A DNA stretch of 63,647 nucleotides, counting the filler, from Craspedostauros australis (lineage: Eukaryota): assembly GCA_030167865.1 (NCBI GenBank). It is 7 parts of 7 records of this genome, joined end to end, with 100 filler letters (N's around TTAATTAATTAA, not from the genome) between each part and the next. Parts side by side here need not be neighbours in the genome. Positions count along the whole stretch, not along the records: positions 1 to 29,645 come from JALAGF010006583.1; 6 more parts are not named here. One strand, given 5' to 3'. Below the pieces are notes generated by a model. That model was not told the origin of the DNA and ran no database searches. It saw nothing but the letters and a program-made list of their open reading frames with translations. The position numbers and the translations under genes are program-made. This document shows positions 1 through 12,491 of the stretch, in pieces. Each line of letters opens with the position of its first letter. Position 1 is the stretch's first letter.

Positions 1-126
1 CTGGCTGCAAATGCAAGACTTTCTGGCAAGGAGGGAACCAAACCTAAACGGGTTACCAGGATGTGTAGCTTCTGCCGAGTCTATTTCTGTAGGGATCATT
101 GGGGTATATACCATGGAAAGAAGTGA
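1..126 (+). CDS. C-terminal end (cysteine-rich domain) of a piggyBac transposase, 5'-partial; not in the ORF track
   Basis: Frame 1 reads LAANARLSGKEGTKPKRVTRMCSFCRVYFCRDHWGIYHGKK* (TGA 124-126). It aligns with the C-terminus of the transposase at 45442-48061 (LKAKAKKDGKAGVKPKRVRRMCNICDVYICKQHWATYHG). Confidence 0.85.
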   Translation: MAANARLSGKEGTKPKRVTRMCSFCRVYFCRDHWGIYHGKK

Positions 127-288
127 AACAGACACAAACAAAAAATCAGTAGTTTCTCACGATAACACTAGTTGTGAGGGGTACAGACTTAGTTTTCACG
201 TAGGCCCTGGTAGGGAAAATTCGTTCAAAAAACAACTAGTGTCATTATATCGCCCATAATATGGGCGTTAAGCTCCGGTCGTAAAGGG
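1..288 (+). mobile_element. 3' end of a piggyBac-like DNA transposon
   Basis: Transposase C-terminus, then the subterminal motif CCTGGTAGGGAAAATTCGTTCAAAA (23/25 identical to the reverse complement of ~45335-45359), a CGCCCATA-A-TATGGGCG palindrome (251-267) and the terminus ..GGTCGTAAAGGG at 288, followed by ATAA. Confidence 0.75.
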
Positions 289-774
289 ATAATACACTCC
301 GCTACTTGTACCGTAGACCATCCTGAAAGTCTCTGATTGAATGCAGGTGCTGCGATGCCTGATCGATTTGCGACGAGCGCAGACTACCCACACTCTGTCT
401 CTCTCCCTTTCTGCGAGTAGTCGTAGGTTCGCTCGGTCAACGGGACCACGACTGGACTTGTTTGGTCACGATTGAGTCACGAGTGCGTATCTTGTTTCGC
501 GAAAAGGAGACGAGCATGAGACGGTGACAGCCAAAGCATCGGAACATCGCCATCGCCCTCCCCTTCGGATTCTGTTTGACATGGACGTTTCCCTTGTTGT
601 TGGCAACATCCATCAGAATTGCAATTGCAATTGCGGCCATCATCGGATCCATCTCTCGTACACGAAATCGCTTCCACGATCTACGTATTTCCACGCTGCT
701 CATCACACTTCGACTCAGCTCAACACAACTCAGCGCAACACAATTCGACTCAGTTCTACCAGCCAACAACAATC

Positions 775-1654
775 ATGATGAAGACCGCATCCTCCGTTTC
801 CCTTTGCCTGGCATTGCTCACTATGCAGGCGACTGCCTTCACATCGCCATCCTACTCGATGGCTGTTCAGCACCAGGCATCCAAGACCATTCTGCGCATG
901 GCAGAAGATGACGGTGAAGAGAAGGCGGCACCGTTGGTCAGCGGTGAACAATTGGAAATGCTCATGACGGAATGGGATCAACCGCTGGTTGTGGATGCCT
1001 ACGCAACATGGTACGTATTGGGTGAAGTAGAGCATCGAGAAGATTACTGGGGACTTCTTCGAGTGTGTCCTCCATTGCATTGTGCGAGGGAGTCGGACGA
1101 CATGTTGTACCTGTACCTATGCGCGTATGCATGCAGTTGTTGCTGTTGTTGTTGCTGTTGCTGTTGCTGTTACTGTTGCTGTTACTGTTGCAAATAGATG
1201 CCCCACTCTCGTCGTCTCTATTACACTACGAATCAACAACAACAATCTCACACGGTCCACCGTCTATGTATCTCTCTCTCTCTTCTGATTCTTTCCTTCT
1301 TCTCACATTTAAACAAATGAACGAACGAACCAACCAACCATCTAACATTAACGATCCAGGTGCGGCCCTTGCCTCCTCATGGCACCGGAATTCGAATCCG
1401 CGGCGCAAGAACTGAAGGGCAAGGTCCGATTTGCCAAGCTGGACACCGACAAGGACGAGCAGATGGCATCGCAGTTGAATATCATGGGCCTGCCAACGCT
1501 CCTGTTCTTGGACAAGTTTGAGGGTGACGAGAATGCCAATCCGGAAGCACGTGCCGTCCTCAAAGGCAAGATCGAAGGTGCCTTGAGGAAGGACAACATC
1601 AAGGAGCTGTGCGAATTCTACTTCTTTGATGGGCCGCAGCCAAAGTTGACATGA
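775..1654 (+). CDS. Plastid-targeted thioredoxin, Trx z/CITRX-like; exons 775-1010 and 1360-1654, 176 aa
   Basis: Splicing GTACGT(1011)..TCTAAC..CAG(1359) rebuilds the active site YATW|CGPC. Has a signal peptide with ATA|F motif plus a transit peptide. Context PLVVDAYATWCGPCLLMA..KLDTD..GLPTL resembles Trx z. Confidence 0.88.
1131..1191. repeat. (TGY)n microsatellite in the thioredoxin intron
   Basis: Run of tgttgc/tgttac units; it explains the spurious poly-Cys and poly-Leu ORFs. Confidence 0.9.
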
Positions 1655-2423
1655 GCGAATGATGTGTGATTTGGACGGGATTGTTCGGTGATGACGGCGT
1701 CAGCTGTGCGCTTTTGCAAATGAGGTTCGGATGCAATCAATCAGCTTCTGTCAAAATCGAGTTGAATCAGGTTGAGTACAGCTGGCAACGACGGTGCGAT
1801 GCAAATGGACGTGACATGACATCACGGCACACAACCAACGCTGTGATATCATGAAGTGCCACTTTACGAGTACTCGACAACATGCCAAGTTCTGTGCCCG
1901 CACACATGCGGCCACTTCATTTTATGAATTCAAGATGAGACGGACATGGGATACTTACCTATGGAGTGCTCTGCAATGGCTCGTGCTGGATCGAACAGTC
2001 AGAACGAACAGCATGGACATTATACCGACCAGATCTGACACTGTGGAGCTGTCCTATTCTGCGCACTGAACTACTCTACGTCTAACTCCCGCACGACCCA
2101 CCAACGCGTTTCACTCGGCTAGCAAATCATCAAAACAAGATGTTAATACTCGTATGTATTATACTACGTAGATGTGCGCAAAATGCTGTATCACGTAGCA
2201 CTGCACTAGAGTACGTACGAGTATTGCATGCCTTTCATGAAAAAATACATTCATCTTGCAACAAGCAGTATTCTGCGCAGAACACGATCATGGTGCTACT
2301 CGTAGTATGTATGTACGATTTAAGTGGTTGATTACGAGCTACTCCGTCGACTCCGTCCGCATGAATGAATCGATTCAACGTTTTATCATCATCAATCAAC
2401 AACGGCTGTCACAAATGCTTGCA

Positions 2424-4896
2424 TTAAAAGGTGGTGTTGAAGCTGTAGAAGTCGTCACGTTCGTAGTCACCCTCCCACAACGGATTCAGGTTGGCGGCAT
2501 ACTCGTGATCGTGACAAGTGTCGCTCTGATCGAAGCAGCAACTGCAGCAGTCGCAGGTGACCTCCTGGCAATCCACAAAGGCGAGGTTGAATGTGGTCTT
2601 CTGACACATGCTCGTGATGTTTCCGCTGACGCTCGTTCGGTCGAGGAAGAGGAAGCCTGTTGGTACAATAGCATGTGGTGAGTAAATGTTGTGTGACAAT
2701 GGTCACGATAAAGGACACAACGGAGATAAGTAACGGGGAGACGTAAGATGGACATGTGAGACAATTGGTATGATACTACAGCATTCCCACCACAAGGAGT
2801 TCCACGAGAAAGACGACGAGGATACGATCATGTCCCAACTGGCGCGAAATATTCCATCTCCACCAAAGCAGAAGAAGTCATGCGTGCGCAGTACTTACGG
2901 AGTTTGTCCAGCTGTTCGATTTGCTGTGGGATTGGATTGGTGAAGTTGTTGCGGTTCAGGAGAAGGAACTGGAGGTCGGCCAGGAGACCGATCGTGGATG
3001 GGATGGGACCGGTGAGGCCATTGTCGTCGAGATCCAGCAATACGAGTTTGTTGAGGAGCGCCAGTTTATCGGCAGGGATTCTGCCGTTGCGGTTGGTATT
3101 CTTCCAGGACAGTTCACGCAGCTTGTCGAAGGTGTAGGTCCAAGATGGCAGCTCGCCCTCCGTCAATGGGTTCTCTGCGACGAAGAGGTAGGTGAGAAGA
3201 GAGAGCTGTCCGAATGTTTCTGGCAGCTCCCCCGTGATCTCGTTGTAGCTGAGGTCGAGGTGGGTCAAGGCCTTCAAGTTGGAGATGGTGGAGGGGATCT
3301 TGGAGCTGAACGAGTTTCCGTGCAGGGCCAGGAACTCCAGGCTTTCGTTTGGTTTGGTGGGCATAAGGAGAGCGTTGTCCAGGTTATTGTCATGGAGGTC
3401 CAATATTCTCAGGTTGGGAAGATCCAGGACGAAACGAGGGAGGGGATCGCTGAGCTGGTTAGAGGATATGTCCAGAATCTCGAGGTTGCTGGATGAGGTG
3501 GAGATACCAGTCTCGAGAGATCCGGTGAAGCCGTTATCCTCCAGGTACGCGAGTCTGAGTTTGGGGAGCTCCCAGATCCAGCCAAGCGTTCCGGTGAAGG
3601 AGTTGTCATCCAAGCCCATGACTTCGAGCTGCTTGAGCTCTTTGAGACCAGTTGGGATGGGTCCGTCCATGATGTTGTCGGAGAAGTAGAGGAACCTGAG
3701 GTTGCTCCATTCCGAGATCCAGGTTGGGATCGGCCCCGTGAGCCTGTTGTGCGGGAAGACGAAGGTCGTGAGCCGCGTGAGCTTGCGGAAGGTGTCCGGG
3801 ACAGGTCCGCTGATGAGATTGCCGATGGATTCCATGTACGTCATGTCGGTGATGTGTCCCAATTCATCCGGCAGCGGTCCCGAGAGGTTGTTGAAGACTG
3901 AGATTGTGGGATGGTGAGTGAATGAGTGAGAGAGCAGGAAGTCAATGCAAGATGAGGATGCCGCAAATGTTGGAGAGCAGTGGCCCGTATGGACGAGAAG
4001 TATGGAAGTGCGAATGTCTATGTGAGAAATGGACATGATCCATGGCAGAAGATTCGTGGTTGTGGTTGAGAAGAAGCGCATCGGGCGCTAGATGTACGAC
4101 ATCATAACATGGCATCATGGCATGGCATCATCACATGGTATTACTGTGTACAAATCTGCAGGCACGTACTGAAGGAGATGCCCTTCACGCGGCGGCTGGA
4201 ATCGCAGAGAACCCCGGTCTTGCCAATGGGTTTATCGAAGATGTAGAACCAGTCGCAGACATCGTGCTCGCTGAGGAAGGCGAGCTGGAAGTTCCAGGCT
4301 GGACCGTTGGTGGTATGGTACAACACCACCATGGCGTAGCGGGAAATGAACTTGTGGCCCTCAGCGCTGTTGATGTCGCCGGAGGGCACGTCGAGCTGCG
4401 CGGGATCCGTCTCGGCAAGCCACTTGACGGCGCGGTTCTGCGCACTGCGCGAGGCAACGAAGTCCTCGTCGTTGCTGACGCCCTGGCCGAGGATGTATTT
4501 TTGAATGCGCAGAGCACGTTCCCTCTTGGATTCCTCCGTATTTTCTGCGTTGGTGGATCGCGACGAGCTGCCGCCCGCGCCTGGCAATGTCAAGCCCAGC
4601 GTGAGGCCCACGATGGCAGCCAGGAGCAAAACGCACAGGGCAAGGACGATGATGAGATTGGGTCGGTTGTTGCGTGAATGCGAAGGCAGTTCCGCGGGCG
4701 TTGGCAGCGAGTGCTCATTGGCGTCATTGTCCACCTCAACGGGGTACGCGGCCGGATCGTCGCTGCCCTGTTGAACATGCATCTGCTCAGCATTTGCGTT
4801 TGCATCTGCTTGCGTTTGCTGTTGCATCTGCTGCTGCTGGGATTCCATTGTGTCCGTGACAGGTGCCCCTGCTGGCGGTGGTGGCATTTGGTCCAT
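2424..4896 (-). CDS. Diatom-type membrane LRR protein (cytosolic N-terminus, one TM, LRR N-cap, ~13 plant-type LRRs, Cys-rich C-cap); exons 4896-4170, 3897-2899, 2656-2424, 652 aa
   Basis: TM LIIVLALCVLLLAAIVGLTLGL; cap AQNRAVKWL..RYAMVVLYHTTNG..W..CDW; repeats LxxLxLxxNxLTGxIP; C-terminus VDCQEVTCDCCSCC. GT-AG introns keep the frame (1959 nt). Confidence 0.9.
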
Positions 4897-5917
4897 GGTC
4901 TTCAGTGTCGGTTGCTCGATAGAGTACGGCCTATTATATAGAATATGATAATACGTTATCTGTGATGGACAATGATGATGCAGGATGAAATAGGCGGTCC
5001 ACAATTTGTGATTGATGAATCTGCTTTCTCACAACCAGAGCACCTGTTGTTATTATTCCTGTTGCAATTCCTTTTCACACAGACAGCATCGCAAACAAGG
5101 TGGTTTGTGCTGTCGCAAACGGCTTTCCCGATGGTTTGGTGGAGAAAGAAGAGGAGAAGGTGGAAGCAGTCCCAGACAACGCGCAAATGCTCGCATTGCT
5201 TCCTTCTTGGGTGCACGTTGTTGTCATTTTTTGCGCACCTGCATGTCGCAGTCGTCCATTCTTCCGAAAACGCCGCGGTGCGTTGGCTGTGTCGTTCTGC
5301 GCTTTCTTGTTCCGATTGTCTCATTCCAAAAATTTCGCCTCGTTGCGCGCAGGTTGATCGGAATGAACGTCGAGCTTTCTATTGTGAGTGGAACCAATTA
5401 AACCGTAGTTTAACGTCATCTTCAGTTGAAGGTCGCGGTGAAACTAGATTAATTTTATTTTCATTCTCTATTATTTCTGAACTCACAAATCGAAATCGAG
5501 GAGACTTGTCTCGTTCTTGTCGCTGCGACACGATGTCATCGTCAAATCACGTCATCATACTATCGGAGCAGATTAGCAGAGCCACACTCCCACCATACCA
5601 GTACGACCTATGCATGTGCGGTGCCATCCACTGAAGAGAGCCATACATACATTCAGGGTGACGCATTTCATCTGAAAACATAGCATCGTTTCAATTCTAC
5701 GCAGCAATGTATTATCATCGAGTGCAACAATGTGATGCTTGTGTTTGTCCTCTTGCGGCATTCTCCGAGATCGGTTGCGATTGCAAAAAACAAGTTGAGT
5801 ATTCCATCTCCTACCGTTCCACCGCATCATTTCTGTTCCATCCATTCCACCATTCGCCAGCGTTGTAGGTATGTTGATTCGATGGCACTCAATTGCACTC
5901 ATTCGAATTGCACGGTC

Positions 5918-6758
5918 TTATTTTCCCTCCATATATCTTCTATCATCTTCCTCCGTCTCGGCCGTGGCCTTCAGGATGCTGGCATAGAACAGGAACAAGC
6001 AAGTTGGTATCGAGACCACTGTCAGGGCGGCGGTTGCCGCAAATCCCAGCTGCTCCGCGTCTCCTGTCAGCTCGAACACGCATCCTGCAATGGGTCATTT
6101 TCATAGTGCAGGCGGTGTGCATTTCCATCATGAATTCCAAGCAGTGTGTCGTCGATATTCCAGTTCATAGATCAGTTCATGTTGTGTGATGTTATGACGC
6201 GAAATGGAGCGTCGTATGTGCGAGTAGCGCAGAGATTCCAGATGACATTATTGAGATTGAATCGAGGTCGAGTGAAGTGGAGCGGAGCAAAAAGCAAATG
6301 GAAGTGAGTATGGTTTCGCTTGATGCTTTGTCTCTTTTCTGTCCTTCCTTGACGCCTCCCCACACTTTCGACAGTGCTTCACCTGTCAATATGCAGAAAT
6401 AACCATGGACGCATCACAAAGTCAACACATGAAAGGATCATCACATGCGTTGCGTACCTGTTCCGATGATACCAAGGATCATTGACGAAGCCAGAAGCAG
6501 AGGAGATGGGACGTCGAGAGGATATTCGGTCGTTGGCTCCTCCACAGCCTTGGGTGGTGATGAAGGTTCAGGAACCGCAACGTCGGTGGGAGTCTCGGAC
6601 TTGGTTGGATCTTCCGAAAAGATCGCAGTCTGTGGATGACGCGAGATGATCCCGTTCTTGCTCAATCCTGGCGCAACCTGGCTGGGGCCCACGGTGAAGG
6701 CCGACACGCTCCACACAGAGACGATCAAACACACGATTCTTGCAGCAACGGATCTCAT
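5918..6758 (-). CDS. Plastid-targeted small protein with two TM helices and an acidic C-terminus, unknown function; exons 6758-6458 and 6084-5918, 155 aa
   Basis: Signal peptide ending VSA|F plus transit peptide; intron GTACGC..TTGCAG. Exon 2 is missing from the ORF track and reads CVFELTGDAEQLGFAATAALTVVSIPTCLFLFYASILKATAETEEDDRRYMEGK*. Confidence 0.8.
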
Positions 6759-7621
6759 CTTTCTCTTTGAATGTGGTAGTGTACGGGTATTGCAATGGTT
6801 GCGAGGTATGGAGTGGAGGTGTTGGTTCCGATGACTCTCTTCAGCAACGATGACGCTCTCTCTCTCTCTCTCTCTCTCTCTCGTAGTTGGTGGACGTGTT
6901 GGCCGTGTTACTTGTGAGATCTTCGGAAGCGCGCGTTTTTACTGTTGTTGTCGCCGTGGTCTTGTCACAATCTGCGTCACTCTTCTTCAACTTCCATCGA
7001 CGAGATTCCATTCCATCCAGTCAATACTCCCGTTGTGGTCCGCTGGGTCAAGGAACAAGCAAAGAACTCTTTCCGACGACCACATCGACCAATCGATCGA
7101 ACATATAAATTTATTCAGATCTTAATAACACTACATAAACAATCTGTTGCCACCGCGAGCAAGGCGGGTCACAAAAACCGTTTTTTCCTGCTTCCGCCAC
7201 ACGAAATGGGAACAACAGCCCAAATCAACAACATTTCACACACAACGATCAACAAAGCCAACCAACCAACCAACGAACTAACGAACAAATTCGTACAACA
7301 AGCAAGAGCGAGACACAACCAAACAAACCAACAGAAAAGCGAAGGCCGTGTGCGCAACAAGGATCCTCCAACCCGCTTTGTCCCACGAATTGGTATTGTA
7401 CGGGAAGGTCCCAGAAAAGTGGTACGAAGTAGAAGAAACTGACGTAGTGAAGCCTCATTCAAGTTGAGAGAAACGCGGAGAGGCTCATTGAGACAAGGAC
7501 GAAGTCACAGACAACAGAGGCTACGATTCAACATCGATAGGTGTGGACACAGCATCTTCCGAACAACAAGTTACCATCAGCACCAACAACAGCAGCAGCA
7601 CCGCCCAAAGAGAGACCCACC

Positions 7622-10049
7622 ATGAGCGAAGGTGTGGAGCAGGGGATCCGCTCCCAGCGGGAGCAGGAGCTGTTGGCGTTGCGAGAGAAGGGCCTGGCTA
7701 AGACGAGGAAGACGAAGATCAATGACTGTAAGTGATGCGATGCGGACCATGCGCGATCATCATTGTGCTTTGCATCTTCGTTCCTGGCAATCTCTCTGTC
7801 TTCCTCTTTCCTCTGCCTCTCTTTCTTGCTACTCGTACCTAAACTTCCATGCAATGCCATCACGCCTTCATCCCTTTTGTGAACCTGCACTTACTCTGTA
7901 CCTCCTCTGCACGCCTTTTCTGAACAAACAAAAACAATCAAACGGATGAACCTCCAATTCAACTCCGATGTAGTCGCATCACCCATGACAACGCCAGAGC
8001 AATCGAAGAGGTTTCTTGCAACCATGAGAGACAAGAGCAAGGCAAAGGAGGTGTCATCTGAGTATAAGCCACCTACCAATTTGTCTGCGGATGGTGTCGA
8101 CGCATGGTACATGATGCAACGTCAGCGCGAGCAGGAGATGAGACGCAGGCGCGAGGAAGCTGCCGCCTTGCTGCGCGGGTACCGTGCGCCATACAACAAA
8201 CGCAACCGCAAAAAGGACCGTGGCCGCGCGTCCATGGGCGATGAGTTGTCGGAATCGCTCACGGATCCATCGTCGAGCCCCGTGGCTTCGCGCAAACGCC
8301 GCCAATCCACGATGCCTCGATTGGAGCATCATTGGCCGCAGCATGGCAGCAACGATGGAGGCAATTTCGGATTTGATGAGAGCCGCAATCCAGCGGAAAA
8401 TGAATTCGACCCGCTCGACAGAGAACGCTACTCCATGGGCGGGAGGGATTACTTTCGCACTGACGATCGTTCTCTTGTCAGTGGAGGATCCCGCGGCGGA
8501 TCTCACCATCATGATCAGGGTTCGATGCGATCTGGCTCCCAGGCAGACTTCTTCATGAACAACGGTGGGAGAAACAACAGGCAGGGACCTGACTTCCTAT
8601 CCCCTCGCGAGCTCAACTCGGCCTTCAACGTGTCCAACCTCATCGACACGACCGAATCCGAGAACCGCTTGAATGGAATGAACAAGCGCAAGGAGCTGCA
8701 GGCCGAAGAATCACTGCCATTGAAGCCACAGATGGAACCGACACCTGCGCATGAGCCGGCCTATCCGCACGTCGTGAAGAAAACACTCAGCGATGACGTG
8801 TCTCGTGAGAATGTGCCGGAAACCGTTTGGAGGGATTTCATCAGCAACGGTACGTACTACTTGTGACGATTGCGCACGTTTCCGCTCGATACGAGCACGA
8901 TAATGGAGGCGGAAGCTACACTACTCTGTACGCAACTCAGTGCATTTTGTTTGATCGCTGATTGTTTTCATTCTTTGTACACCACTCACACTTGGCAATA
9001 AACTCTGCCCCCATGTGTCTCTACCGTAATTTATGATTATGCCGACACTATTGACAATCAACTCTGGTCTCGTCGTTGCAGAACCTGGTGCCAAGTTCCC
9101 ACCGGAGAAGGGCCGATACCATCTCTACGCCTCTTACGCGTGCCCAGGATCGCACCGTGCGCTTATCATCCGTGCCTTGAAGGGATTGGAGGATGTTGTT
9201 TCCGTGACCATCGTGCACCCTACCTGGAGGCACACCAACCCGGCGAACCCCGACGACAAACACAGGGGCTGGGTGTTTGGCGATCCGAATGGCAAGCCAT
9301 TCCAAAACACATCGGGACGTGGTGGACCGTTCCCAGCAGCGTACGAAGGCAACGAGCCTGATCCCATCTTCGGTGCATTCAGCATCCGTGAGCTCTATGA
9401 CCACGCCAAGGATACGTCTCGCAAGTACACCATCCCTCTGCTGTGGGACAAGAAGAACAACACCATCGTCAACAACGAATCCAGCGATATCTCTTACATG
9501 CTGAACACCTGCTTCAACATGTTCTCCAACAACTCCGATCTGGACCTGTACACCGAGGACGATGAGGACGGCCTCGACAAGCTCAACGAGGTCAGCGAGT
9601 GGCTGTACCCAATGATGATCCATGGCGTGTACCGCTGCGGATTTGCAAAGACGCAGGAGGCCTACGACAATGCCATCGAGGAGTTGACGGAGGCATTCGA
9701 CATGGCAGACGAGCTGCTGCAGAACCAACGCTACCTCACGGGCAACGCACTCACGGATGCTGACATCCGTCTCTTCGTGACGTTGCTTCGTTTCGATGAG
9801 GTGTACGCTTTCTACTTCCGAGCCAACACGCGCCTTGTGATGCTAACGCCTGCCTTGCTAGATTTCTGCCGCGAGATGTACCAGATGCCAGGAGTCGCCG
9901 AGACCTGCCAAATGGAACAAATCAAGGCGCATTTCTTTGGATCGCATGCCGAATGGAACAAATACTCCGTCATCCCGCGGGGTTTGGGATTCACAAAGTT
10001 GTTGGCAATCCCCCACACCCGGGAAGAGCATCTGCCGGTCGACAAGTAG
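7622..10049 (+). CDS. Glutathionyl-hydroquinone reductase (YqjG/ECM4, GST Xi class) with a ~320 aa N-terminal extension; exons 7622-7727, 7974-8849, 9082-10049, 649 aa
   Basis: WRDFISNE..FPPEKGRYHLYASYACPGSHR, KYTIPLLWDKKNNTIVNNESSDI, GVYRCGFAKTQEAY, LTDADIRLFVTLLRFDEVY. Both introns are GT-AG and keep the frame. Confidence 0.85.
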
Positions 10050-10665
10050 AGAGTGATAGGGTGGAGAAAGAAAGTGTGGCCAGGTATGCAGCTCCCGCCT
10101 CATCCGACTGAAGTTAATATCCGGACCAAAGGCAGCACCACACCTGCTCTTTCGTGGATGCAGGACAGCGCAGCGCAACCAAACAGCACAACCATCTCCA
10201 TGATACGGTATAATACGTGCGAGTACAACAGAAATGAAATGTATGAAAGATCCCAACAATGGCGCAATTGCATTGTGTCCATTCCGACGGAACGAAACCA
10301 AAGCCAAGACAGAGCAGAGCAAACGAGGAGATTGCAAAGCTAAACAACAGAAACCATCAATTTACCGTAATGTGCCAACATAAAGACACCTTAGTTAATA
10401 CAAAACAACAGATACGTATGGGATCTCACTGATGACCGCTCATCATGCAAACTCAGTTGATGACGAGCATGATCACGGCGTTGTCTTTGCTTGTTTGCCA
10501 TCGGCACCACACCGCAATCGAACAAGATGATTGTATTCATCGCATCGATGCCATGGTCCACGTTGCACAGGGTCATCATCGTATTGGAGTATGATATGGG
10601 TACTAATTGGATACTCTCATAATGATACATACGTAGGTGTATTCATGTCGATTGATCAGTGCAGG

Positions 10666-11445
10666 TCACTGATGATTCCATGCCAACAAGGTCCTTTCCA
10701 CATGCCGGTACACCACCATGCTCGATCCGTTCGCAATGAAGGACCGCACTAACCCAGGTGCGAGGCCTTTGTAGAGCTCCCCCGACCGCGCCACCGCCAC
10801 AAGCACATCCTGCGCCGATTGGTGAGCGTACCTGCCGCTTTGCACACGCGATTTGACGACATCCAACGGCCAGATGGTGAGCCATGCTAGGTTGGCGCAG
10901 ATGCCGCCCGTCAGGAAGGCGCCCAGATCCAGGTGCAGCTTGTGCTGCAGCAAATCCATGTAGACGGCGAAGCTGGAGAAGAGGAAGGAATTTCGCACCA
11001 GCGTCGTCCCGAAGCCGCTGAGAATGCCGTCCCGCAGATGCCATGGCTGCTGAACCTGCTGTCGGACCTTGATCAATTCGAAGGGCGCCTCCACCAATCC
11101 CCGCCCGAATCCACCGCAAAGACCCGCCAAGATGACCTGCGGATCGAAGATGCCCAGTATCCGCGATTGCTCGTCGACGGGACCTTGCGCCTTGCGTATG
11201 AAGCGGAGGCTGACATTGTAAAACCCAAACTGCGCCGATCGCATGAGACCACCGCCAAGGAGCATGGGAAACCCACCTCTGTAAAACGAGACGATGCCTC
11301 CCGATGCCCACAACTCTTTGCCCAACGCGATGACGGATTTCGGCTGTTGCGATGCCTGTTGCAGCGTCTTGATGGTGTCCAGCGGTTGTCCGACGACCAC
11401 GGTGGTTGCACCGTAGGCGAATCCAGCAACGAAGCTTTCCAGCAT
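10666..11445 (-). CDS. Mitochondrial carrier family (SLC25) protein, carnitine/ornithine-carrier-like, 259 aa
   Basis: Three Px[DE]xxK signatures (QPLDTIK, APFELIK, WPLDVVK), plus FYRG and LYKG..RSF motifs; start MLESFVAG at 11445. Confidence 0.9.
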   Translation of the reverse strand: MLESFVAGFAYGATTVVVGQPLDTIKTLQQASQQPKSVIALGKELWASGGIVSFYRGGFPMLLGGGLMRSAQFGFYNVSLRFIRKAQGPVDEQSRILGIFDPQVILAGLCGGFGRGLVEAPFELIKVRQQVQQPWHLRDGILSGFGTTLVRNSFLFSSFAVYMDLLQHKLHLDLGAFLTGGICANLAWLTIWPLDVVKSRVQSGRYAHQSAQDVLVAVARSGELYKGLAPGLVRSFIANGSSMVVYRHVERTLLAWNHQ

Positions 11446-12491
11446 GTTTTCAAGCGAGATCTTTAGTGAAATCGAGGAGAATGGAGTGGAGTGGGGTGCT
11501 AGCACGAGCGAGAATGAAGCAGAGCACTCTGTATTGGTACGTATAGTATTGTTTGCAATTCTGTTGGCGAGGCGCGAACTTGTGACCTTGATCCGATGAT
11601 GGTGCTGATGGTGCTGATGAAGATTGCGAATGGTATGGAGCCGATCTTGATGGTGATGCCTCTGCTTGACGATGAGTGTTCTTTCGCACGAGTTGAGATA
11701 CGGCTTTGACACCGGTCCAATGTTGTGCCGAGATTAAAACAGAAAGCTGAACCAACTGGTGGGTATGGTGTGTCCGTTTTCCCCCAAGGGTGTTCGGACT
11801 TCAAAGGTCGGTCTCGCGAAGTTGAATGTTCGGATGGCGTTGTCTTTGGATGACGAGAAACAGAACTCGATCCGACGCAACGTTCCAACGGTTAGCTGCA
11901 ACGACGAAATCGACGGCAGTGATGGTTCTGAACCTATCGATGATTCTTCGTATTGATGAAGTGGGTATTGCTGCGACTATGAGTGTGAGCAACACCGAAC
12001 TTTGCGTATTCGAGATGACAGAGTGCCGTCGGTGGTGCCTCCGCATCGGATAAATGCAGCCACCTGTCGACAACATCTCCATCCAAGAGACATGCATCAT
12101 TGGTGGAGCATGGGTGGAAAACAAGAAATGTTCCGATTCTGTGGAACTCGAGACGTCAGTCCCGTTGCAACTTCCATTCCCGCCATCTCAATCAACAGGA
12201 ACACCAAGAACCAACCAAAAAGATCCCCGCCATGGCACATCAAACCCGAACGGCACACACCTTGGCGGCAGATCTCCACATCCATCATCAATGTCAACAT
12301 CAAGAATCTCATTCTATTCCACTTCATCCCATTCCGTTCACTCATCTTTCAACGTCCTTTGTTCTGCTGTAGTCCCGTCCATCCGCGAACCCATCCAAGT
12401 CCATCGTCCAGGGTGCACGGAACACAAAGGGCAGCACCATAGAGGAGTGCATTTGTGCAGCACCAAAAAGAGGAAAGGACTCCCATCCATC

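Noticed and set aside
1011..1359. Poly-Cys metallothionein-like or poly-Leu ORFs
   Set aside because: Translation of an intronic (TGY)n microsatellite.
12054..12491. N-terminal extensions of RPC5 (also of the carrier, 11446-11712, and HslU, 20627-20935) shown in the ORF track
   Set aside because: UTR-like composition; family similarity or the presequence begins at the downstream ATG.
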